Below, piece by piece: positions 16,730-23,930 of a stretch of 32,000 nt of DNA. The stretch comes from Candidatus Nanopusillus acidilobi. Its GTDB lineage: Archaea > Nanobdellota > Nanobdellia > Nanobdellales > Nanobdellaceae. The DNA lies in assembly GCA_001552015.1 (NCBI GenBank), contig CP010514.1, positions 510,001 to 542,000 of the forward strand, read 5' to 3'. Below the pieces are notes generated by a model. That model did no database searches. It was not told where the DNA came from and was given only the letters and a program-made list of their open reading frames with translations. Position 1 is the stretch's first letter; every line of letters begins with the position of its first letter. The position numbers and the translations under genes are program-made.

Positions 16730-19700
16730 CTAAATTAAAAATATTATTGATCCAATTATTCCTGCTAGTATTAATATATAATTAATATTTTCTGATACAA
16801 CCAATGAAGATTTATTTGAAGGTTCATTTACAATTAAATTATATTGTGCAGTTCCAATATTTTGTCCATTTACATTGAAGTTTAATAATAATGAAGAAGA
16901 TCCAATATATAATGGTAATACACTAAATTGTAATATATATGATTGATTTGGTTGTAATTGATCTATATTTATATTATTTGATGATTGTATTGGAATTTGA
17001 TTATATAATATTTCTGGTACATTTCCCATTTGTTGTAAATTTATTGTAATATTGTTTAATGTTGTATTTCCTATATTTGTTATATTTAATGCTAAAATAT
17101 ATTCTGGATAATCTAAACTAAATTCTAAATTATTTCCAATTGGTCCATATGTAGTATTTATATTAATTGGTTGAATATTTGCTTGTAATTTAATTATACC
17201 ATAATAAATGTATGTTTGAGTTACATTTAAATTAAATATTTCTGTTACACAATTAAATTGTCCATTTGTTAATGCAGAACATACAGTTATATTTCCATTA
17301 TTTGAATATGGTAAACTTAAATTAAATGAATAATAATTTGTATTTAAATTATTATTTGAATATACATTATTGTTATTATAATATACATTTATTGATTGAA
17401 TATTTTGATTTGATCCATTTACTGAAATTGTTGTATTTATATTTTGATTTGTTGCATTTAATATATTAATATCTATAATTGGAACCGTTATTCCTGATGA
17501 AGGTATATTTAAGTTAATTGTATTCGAATTAACACAATTTCCATTATAACATCCTTGTGCATATACTGAATAACTTCCTAGATATGAAACAATACATAAA
17601 GCATTTATATTTTGAAATTGATAATATGAATCGTAACAATATGGAGAATTATTTACATATAATGTATAATTTTGAGAACAACCTGTTATATAGATATTAT
17701 ATGAATTTTGAAAGTTTGAACTTTGCTGAGATGAGATAGAAATTTGCTGACCTACATTATAAGTATATGTTGATGATGCTGAAGATCCTGGTATTGAAGC
17801 TGTTACTGTTACTGAATATGAACCTGGAGATGTTGTTGGAGATGAATTTACATATAATGTTGCTGAACAGGAAGATCCACTAGTAGTACATGATGGATTA
17901 AGTGAACATGTTATACCAGAAGGTGCTGAACAATAAAAATTAACTGTTGTAGATAGTTCATAAGGATTATTTAAATTAACAGTCACTGTGGAATTCGTTT
18001 GAGTACCTGGACAAACTGGAGAAGAACTTGATGGATTTAATTGAACAGATGAGACTGAAACTACAGGCTGTATAGAAATACTAGGCATTATACCATTTGG
18101 GGGATATGATCTAGCAACTACCCATTCTACATATTGATAGGATTCAGAACCATCAGAATCCCCAGCACCTATTTCTAATGTACCATATTGGAAAGGATTA
18201 TAATTTAAATTAGAATATGTATATCCATTATTATTTACATTATATGTATTTAATAATGTTAATGGAACCCATACTTGATTAGAATTATAAATATAATATC
18301 CTGTTTGTGCATAAGATGAATTAACTATTAAATATGAATAAATCGTTCCTCCAGATGTTGGGAAAGGTGTATAATTTAAATATTGATCTGTTACTGCAGA
18401 TTTTAACATAGCCGCTCCACCAGTGGGGGGAGAACCATAATATTCAAATTGTACATATGTAGATAAATTAGATGCTGGTGTAACACCACCACAAGTAGTA
18501 TCCATTCCTCCTGTAATATTTACTCCACCACAGTAACCAGGAATAGTTGCAATTTGATAAGCCTCAATTTGTTGATTTGTATTTCCAAATAATGCTATTA
18601 CATTTGCATCTGAACTCTGAGTATAATACCAAGCTTCTTCAACAATCAAAGGTATTTCTGGAATATTCCAATTATTTGGAGGTAAAATATATGTACCTTC
18701 AGCAGTTTGATTGTTTAACATTTCAATACCGTTTGAAGTTGCTGTAGGAGACCAGGCCGCAGAAGTAACATATCCACTCCATCCATCAAATGTATTATCA
18801 AAATATCCATATACTATAAACACATCTTGTCCATTATCATATCCTGAAATTACCTGAGGAGATGTACCTACATATGGATAATACTGAGAATAATAATTAG
18901 CACTAGTAGGACCTATATACATATATATCGTTACATTACTATTAGCTGATATTCCTGTAGATATATTTATCCACCATACGTCACAGTATACTCCATTATA
19001 ATTTAATTGACCTTCATACCATGAATAGATTTTTGGGATACTCTCAAGAGTTGTTGTAAAGTATATATTTGATCCATTACTATTAATTTCATTAAATAAA
19101 TCAGCATTATTTATATATGCAAAACTATTACCAATATTTATACTTCCATTACATATTGCTATATCTTGTTGGAAAGGTGCTGGCGTTGCTTGAGATTGAG
19201 TATTTGTTATAGTAACTGCATACCAATTAACTTCTGAATCTAAAATAATTGAAGGCATTACACCATTTGGAGGATATGCTCTAGCTAATAAGTATTGAAA
19301 AACAGAACTAGAAGTGCCACTACTATGTGCTGTAACCAGTAATCCAATATATCCTTGTGATGCCATAGATGTAGGAGTTACGCAACTACCTTCTTGAGAT
19401 AAAACCCCTAAAGAACTTCCATAGAATCCACAAGCATAACTTGAATTTGGAAATACTAGTGCAAGAATTGTAGGATATGTTATACTATTACCATTATAAT
19501 TACCTGATGGCGCTATATAACTAGTTCCAGATTGCCATTGAATTGCATAGCCATTTCCATCAGTAACTATCATATCAACTTCTCCATTAGAATCTGATGA
19601 ATCAGTTACCTGATTTTGATAAAGTATTCCAGCTTTAGTCCAACCACTATCTCCAGAATTTCCTGTTAAAGATAAAACTTTTGCTTCTACAATTGCGGGT

Positions 19701-20377
19701 ATTGATATTGGCTGATTATAATACAAATATGTAATCATATAGTAATTATCCCAAAAATCTTGACCATTTGTATTAGATATTGTAACTCCATTATTTACTG
19801 AACACGATCCTGAAGCTCCTGAAGGATTACTCAGTACTGTACAAACTAAATTATTTGGTAAAGTTGCACCTGCGAAATTCCAATAATTATTAAATACGTA
19901 ATTACCATTATCATATTCTCCATAGGTAGGTGATAGCTGGGGAGCTTCTCCCACGTATGGAAAGTATTCGGCGTAATAATTAGCACTACTACTTCCTATA
20001 TACATATATATCGTTACATTACTATTAGCTGATATTCCTGTAGATATATTTATCCACCATACGTCACAGTATACTCCATTATAATTTAATTGACCTTCAT
20101 ACCATGAATATATATTTGGAGAACTTTCGTTTGTAGCAAAGTAAATGTTAGATCCATTAGCATTGATCTCATTAAATAATGTTGGATTATCCAAATAAGC
20201 AAATGATGAGCCAACACTTAAGGATCCATTACATATTGCTATATCTTGTTGGAAAGGTGCAGGAGTTGGCATATTTTGATTATTTGTTATAGTAACTGCA
20301 TACCATCCCTGTGAATATACAAATCTTGGTATTAAAATAACCATTAATCCAAATATAAATATCTTTAATAATTTCAT
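16730..20377 (-). CDS. large secreted surface protein, paralog 1: signal peptide, two DUF2341/ConA-like modules, Cys-rich block, C-terminal module, C-terminal TM anchor
   Basis: 1215 aa. Sec-type signal MKLLKIFIFGLMVILIPRFVYS|QG. The WYAVTITNxQ..PAPFQQDIAICNG...YSWYEGQLNYNGVYCDVWWINIS...TIYMYIG module occurs twice. It has many N-x-S/T sequons and ends in NINYILILAGIIGSIIFLI. Confidence 0.88.
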   Translation of the reverse strand: MKLLKIFIFGLMVILIPRFVYSQGWYAVTITNNQNMPTPAPFQQDIAICNGSLSVGSSFAYLDNPTLFNEINANGSNIYFATNESSPNIYSWYEGQLNYNGVYCDVWWINISTGISANSNVTIYMYIGSSSANYYAEYFPYVGEAPQLSPTYGEYDNGNYVFNNYWNFAGATLPNNLVCTVLSNPSGASGSCSVNNGVTISNTNGQDFWDNYYMITYLYYNQPISIPAIVEAKVLSLTGNSGDSGWTKAGILYQNQVTDSSDSNGEVDMIVTDGNGYAIQWQSGTSYIAPSGNYNGNSITYPTILALVFPNSSYACGFYGSSLGVLSQEGSCVTPTSMASQGYIGLLVTAHSSGTSSSVFQYLLARAYPPNGVMPSIILDSEVNWYAVTITNTQSQATPAPFQQDIAICNGSINIGNSFAYINNADLFNEINSNGSNIYFTTTLESIPKIYSWYEGQLNYNGVYCDVWWINISTGISANSNVTIYMYIGPTSANYYSQYYPYVGTSPQVISGYDNGQDVFIVYGYFDNTFDGWSGYVTSAAWSPTATSNGIEMLNNQTAEGTYILPPNNWNIPEIPLIVEEAWYYTQSSDANVIALFGNTNQQIEAYQIATIPGYCGGVNITGGMDTTCGGVTPASNLSTYVQFEYYGSPPTGGAAMLKSAVTDQYLNYTPFPTSGGTIYSYLIVNSSYAQTGYYIYNSNQVWVPLTLLNTYNVNNNGYTYSNLNYNPFQYGTLEIGAGDSDGSESYQYVEWVVARSYPPNGIMPSISIQPVVSVSSVQLNPSSSSPVCPGTQTNSTVTVNLNNPYELSTTVNFYCSAPSGITCSLNPSCTTSGSSCSATLYVNSSPTTSPGSYSVTVTASIPGSSASSTYTYNVGQQISISSQQSSNFQNSYNIYITGCSQNYTLYVNNSPYCYDSYYQFQNINALCIVSYLGSYSVYAQGCYNGNCVNSNTINLNIPSSGITVPIIDINILNATNQNINTTISVNGSNQNIQSINVYYNNNNVYSNNNLNTNYYSFNLSLPYSNNGNITVCSALTNGQFNCVTEIFNLNVTQTYIYYGIIKLQANIQPININTTYGPIGNNLEFSLDYPEYILALNITNIGNTTLNNITINLQQMGNVPEILYNQIPIQSSNNINIDQLQPNQSYILQFSVLPLYIGSSSLLLNFNVNGQNIGTAQYNLIVNEPSNKSSLVVSENINYILILAGIIGSIIFLI
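17249..17829. repeat. 581-bp block identical to 20520..21100 (C-terminal module of paralogs 1 and 2)
   Basis: Direct line-by-line comparison at an offset of 3271 bp. It also explains the identical spurious 60-aa ORFs at 17557..17739 and 20828..21010. Confidence 0.88.
17842..18138. repeat. 297-bp block identical to 22163..22459 (Cys-rich block plus end of the preceding module)
   Basis: Direct comparison at an offset of 4321 bp. It encodes ...YVEWVVARSYPPNGIMPSISIQPVVSVSSVQLNPSSSSPVCPGTQTNSTVTVNLNNPYELSTTVNFYCSAPSGITCSLNPSCTTSGSSCSATLYVNS. Confidence 0.88.
18913..19028. repeat. 116-bp intragenic block identical to 19995..20110 (between the two modules of paralog 1)
   Basis: Direct comparison at an offset of 1082 bp. 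Both copies encode IYSWYEGQLNYNGVYCDVWWINISTGISANSNVTIYMYIG. Confidence 0.85.
19995..20110. repeat. 116-bp intragenic block identical to 18913..19028
   Basis: Same comparison. Confidence 0.85.
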
Positions 20378-20597
20378 TTTTTATTATAGTATTATTTACT
20401 TATAAAATTTATCATAAAGTATAATTTACATAAATGGAAATTGAAATATTGTATCATCCTACAATTATCCCATAATATGTAACAATTTTTATTATATTAA
20501 AATATAGTAATTGAAGTATACAATTAAATTGTCCATTTGTTAATGCAGAACATACAGTTATATTTCCATTATTTGAATATGGTAAACTTAAATTAAA
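20226..20597. repeat. 372-bp cassette (3' tail of the upstream paralog, 76-bp intergenic promoter, first 152 nt of the next paralog) identical to 23461..23832
   Basis: Direct comparison at an offset of 3235 bp. Confidence 0.88.
20398..20424 (-). promoter_or_regulatory. putative archaeal promoter of paralog 1 (TATA-like TTTTATAA plus a conserved upstream ACTTTATGATAAA element)
   Basis: On the minus strand, TTTTATAA lies 23-30 nt upstream of the ATG. That spacing suggests a leaderless or very short-leader mRNA. A related element is conserved upstream of paralog 3. Confidence 0.4.
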
Positions 20598-23500
20598 TGA
20601 ATAATAATTTGTATTTAAATTATTATTTGAATATACATTATTGTTATTATAATATACATTTATTGATTGAATATTTTGATTTGATCCATTTACTGAAATT
20701 GTTGTATTTATATTTTGATTTGTTGCATTTAATATATTAATATCTATAATTGGAACCGTTATTCCTGATGAAGGTATATTTAAGTTAATTGTATTCGAAT
20801 TAACACAATTTCCATTATAACATCCTTGTGCATATACTGAATAACTTCCTAGATATGAAACAATACATAAAGCATTTATATTTTGAAATTGATAATATGA
20901 ATCGTAACAATATGGAGAATTATTTACATATAATGTATAATTTTGAGAACAACCTGTTATATAGATATTATATGAATTTTGAAAGTTTGAACTTTGCTGA
21001 GATGAGATAGAAATTTGCTGACCTACATTATAAGTATATGTTGATGATGCTGAAGATCCTGGTATTGAAGCTGTTACTGTTACTGAATATGAACCTGGAG
21101 TTAGAGCAGATAGTGATATGGAAATTGAAGGCATTACATCATTTGGGGGTAAAGATCTTAATAAAACCCAATACAAATAAATATTACCACCGTCCTCTTG
21201 TTGTCCTATTGTTATTGGTAAACTAAATGAACCAGGTATTATTGTAGTACTTAATACCTGAGTATAATTTACTAGGAAATATGTATTACTACTAGAAAAT
21301 CCAATACTATACATTGTAGGGACATAACTATAATTTACACTTCCCAAACTACTACTAGTTCCTACTACTAAACTAAATACACCAGTTCCCCCACCCGAAA
21401 ATGCAGCACCATCATTATTTCCTCCAGCTATTATTCCTCCACCTGGTCCCATAAAGTATGTATTCGGAATATTTGCTGCTCCTACTCCCAGAACCATCCA
21501 TTGATAACCTGTATTAGTGTTATAATTTGGAACAGATGCATAAATATCTACTACATTATTTTGTAAATTATAATTATTTGTAGTAGTTATACCATCGTTA
21601 CCGTGGTTAGAACTAAGAGGTAGAATAATTGTATAATCTGTAGAAAATGAAACATTCTTTTGATTACCACATATATATGTCCAACCTGAAGGTAAAGAAC
21701 TTAAACCCCCAAAATTTTGATAATAATTAAATACATAATTTCCATTATCATATTGAGATATACCTAAAACTTGTATTGGAGTACCAACATAAGGATAATA
21801 CTGAGAATAATAATTAGCATTATTTGGTCCTATATACATATATATAGTTATCTTTGAATTAGCAGGTATTCCATTTGGTAAATTTATCCACCAAATATCA
21901 CAATATACTCCATTATAATTTAATTGACCTTCATACCATGAATATATATTTGGTGTACTGTTATAAGGCGTAGCAAAATAAACATTTGATCCATTAATAT
22001 TAATTAAATTAAATAATGTTGCATTATCTATATATGCAAAATTAGGACCAATATTAATATTGCCATTACATATTGCTATATCTTGTTGGAAAGGTGCAGG
22101 AGTTGGAATAGATTGAGTATTTGTTATAAAAATAGGATACCATCCCGATGGTAATTGGATAAATGAATTTACATATAATGTTGCTGAACAGGAAGATCCA
22201 CTAGTAGTACATGATGGATTAAGTGAACATGTTATACCAGAAGGTGCTGAACAATAAAAATTAACTGTTGTAGATAGTTCATAAGGATTATTTAAATTAA
22301 CAGTCACTGTGGAATTCGTTTGAGTACCTGGACAAACTGGAGAAGAACTTGATGGATTTAATTGAACAGATGAGACTGAAACTACAGGCTGTATAGAAAT
22401 ACTAGGCATTATACCATTTGGGGGATATGATCTAGCAACTACCCATTCTACATATTGATCTGTAGATATATCACCAGTGCCATCTCCCGCACCTATTTCT
22501 AATGTACCATATTGGAATGGGTTATAATTTAAGCCTGCATAAGTATATCCAGAGATTCCATTATTTATATTAGTAGTATTATATACATTATAGGTATATG
22601 TATCTAATAATGTTAATGGAACCCATACTTGATAAAGAGAATTATAAATATAATATCCTGTTTGTGCATAAGATGAATTAACTATTAAATATGAATAAAC
22701 TGTTCCTCCATTTGGTGGAAAGTATGTATAATCTAAATATTGATCTGTTACTGCAGATTTTAGCATTGCTGCTTCAGAAGATGGTTGAGAAGCACCAATA
22801 TAATATTCAAATTGTGCAAATGTGGATGAACTAGATGCAGGTGTATCACCACCATAAGTAGATCCAATATTACGTGCATAAATTTGTTGACTTGTATTTC
22901 CAAATAATGCTATTACATTTGCATCTGCTCCCCCATTATTATACCAAGCTTCTTCAACAATTAAAGGTATTTTTGGAATATTCCAATTATTTGGAGGTAA
23001 AATATAAGTACCTCCATATTGTCCATCATTTATCATTTCAATACCGTTTGAAGTTGCTGTAGGAGACCAGGCCGCAGAAGTAACATATCCGCTCCATCCA
23101 TCAAATGTATTATCAAAATATCCATATACTATAAATACATCTTGACCATTATCATATTGCATAGTTCCAATAACTTGCTCATTAGTTCCTACATAAGGAT
23201 AATATTGAGAATAATAGTTTGTATTATAACTTCCAATTGCCATATATATAGTTATCTTTGAATTAGCAGGTATTCCATTTGATAAATTTATCCACCAAAT
23301 ATCACAATATACTCCATTATAATTTAATTGACCTTCATACCATGAATATAAAATATTTCCAGAACTATTTACAAAATATACATTTTGCCCATTTGGATTT
23401 ATTTCATTAAATAAAGCAGCATTATTTATATATGCAAAATTAGGACCTATATTAACATTGCCATTACATATTGCTATATCTTGTTGGAAAGGTGCAGGAG

Positions 23501-23612
23501 TTGGCATATTTTGATTATTTGTTATAGTAACTGCATACCATCCCTGTGAATATACAAATCTTGGTATTAAAATAACCATTAATCCAAATATAAATATCTT
23601 TAATAATTTCAT
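20454..23612 (-). CDS. large secreted surface protein, paralog 2: signal peptide, DUF2341-like module, Cys-rich block, second DUF2341-like module, truncated C-terminal module (no long TM-anchor extension)
   Basis: 1052 aa. The first 51 aa are identical to paralog 1, and it shares 581-bp and 297-bp blocks with paralog 1 at 100% identity. It ends ...TYYGIIVG. Confidence 0.88.
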   Translation of the reverse strand: MKLLKIFIFGLMVILIPRFVYSQGWYAVTITNNQNMPTPAPFQQDIAICNGNVNIGPNFAYINNAALFNEINPNGQNVYFVNSSGNILYSWYEGQLNYNGVYCDIWWINLSNGIPANSKITIYMAIGSYNTNYYSQYYPYVGTNEQVIGTMQYDNGQDVFIVYGYFDNTFDGWSGYVTSAAWSPTATSNGIEMINDGQYGGTYILPPNNWNIPKIPLIVEEAWYNNGGADANVIALFGNTSQQIYARNIGSTYGGDTPASSSSTFAQFEYYIGASQPSSEAAMLKSAVTDQYLDYTYFPPNGGTVYSYLIVNSSYAQTGYYIYNSLYQVWVPLTLLDTYTYNVYNTTNINNGISGYTYAGLNYNPFQYGTLEIGAGDGTGDISTDQYVEWVVARSYPPNGIMPSISIQPVVSVSSVQLNPSSSSPVCPGTQTNSTVTVNLNNPYELSTTVNFYCSAPSGITCSLNPSCTTSGSSCSATLYVNSFIQLPSGWYPIFITNTQSIPTPAPFQQDIAICNGNINIGPNFAYIDNATLFNLININGSNVYFATPYNSTPNIYSWYEGQLNYNGVYCDIWWINLPNGIPANSKITIYMYIGPNNANYYSQYYPYVGTPIQVLGISQYDNGNYVFNYYQNFGGLSSLPSGWTYICGNQKNVSFSTDYTIILPLSSNHGNDGITTTNNYNLQNNVVDIYASVPNYNTNTGYQWMVLGVGAANIPNTYFMGPGGGIIAGGNNDGAAFSGGGTGVFSLVVGTSSSLGSVNYSYVPTMYSIGFSSSNTYFLVNYTQVLSTTIIPGSFSLPITIGQQEDGGNIYLYWVLLRSLPPNDVMPSISISLSALTPGSYSVTVTASIPGSSASSTYTYNVGQQISISSQQSSNFQNSYNIYITGCSQNYTLYVNNSPYCYDSYYQFQNINALCIVSYLGSYSVYAQGCYNGNCVNSNTINLNIPSSGITVPIIDINILNATNQNINTTISVNGSNQNIQSINVYYNNNNVYSNNNLNTNYYSFNLSLPYSNNGNITVCSALTNGQFNCILQLLYFNIIKIVTYYGIIVG
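20520..21100. repeat. 581-bp block identical to 17249..17829
   Basis: Same comparison. Identity ends at ...gaacctggag, after which the two copies diverge. Confidence 0.88.
22163..22459. repeat. 297-bp block identical to 17842..18138
   Basis: Same comparison. Confidence 0.88.
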
Positions 23613-23832
23613 TTTTTATTATAGTATTATTTACTTATAAAATTTATCATAAAGTATAATTTACATAAATGGAAATTGAAATATTGTATCATCCTACAAT
23701 TATCCCATAATATGTAACAATTTTTATTATATTAAAATATAGTAATTGAAGTATACAATTAAATTGTCCATTTGTTAATGCAGAACATACAGTTATATTT
23801 CCATTATTTGAATATGGTAAACTTAAATTAAA
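23461..23832. repeat. 372-bp cassette identical to 20226..20597
   Basis: Same comparison. Confidence 0.88.
23633..23659 (-). promoter_or_regulatory. putative promoter of paralog 2 (identical copy of 20398..20424)
   Basis: It is part of the 372-bp identical cassette. Confidence 0.4.
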
Positions 23833-23930
23833 ATTGTTACTATTATTATAAGACTGAAGATTTACTATATTAAAGATATTAATATATAAATTTGGAATTT
23901 TTATTCCAATAGTTTTATATTTAAATTACT
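23689..23930 (-). pseudogene. decayed C-terminal module of paralog 3, separated from the 23931..25703 ORF by a TGA and a frameshift
   Basis: Manual translation: after the TGA the same frame reads SNLNIK, and the other frame reads ..TIGIKIPNLYINIFNIVNLQSYNNSNNFNLSLPYSNNGNITVCSALTNGQFNCILQLLYFNIIKIVTYYGIIVG*. This parallels NSNTINLNIPSSGITVPIIDINILN...FNLSLPYSNNGNITVC of paralogs 1 and 2. The last 144 nt are identical to the paralog 2 tail. Confidence 0.55.

Noticed and set aside
17557-17739. Two identical 60-aa ORFs on the plus strand (17557..17739 and 20828..21010) that might look like a conserved small gene.
   Set aside because: Their identity follows from the 581-bp perfect repeat within the minus-strand surface-protein genes. 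They are antisense to well-supported coding sequence. The same applies to 18547..18747, 21038..21226 and 22874..23062.
20226-23832. Perfect direct repeats that might suggest a CRISPR array or the terminal repeats of a mobile element.
   Set aside because: The repeats are 372 bp long, occur only twice, and consist of gene ends plus a promoter. There is no short repeat-spacer periodicity, no cas gene, and no transposase or integrase anywhere in the window.
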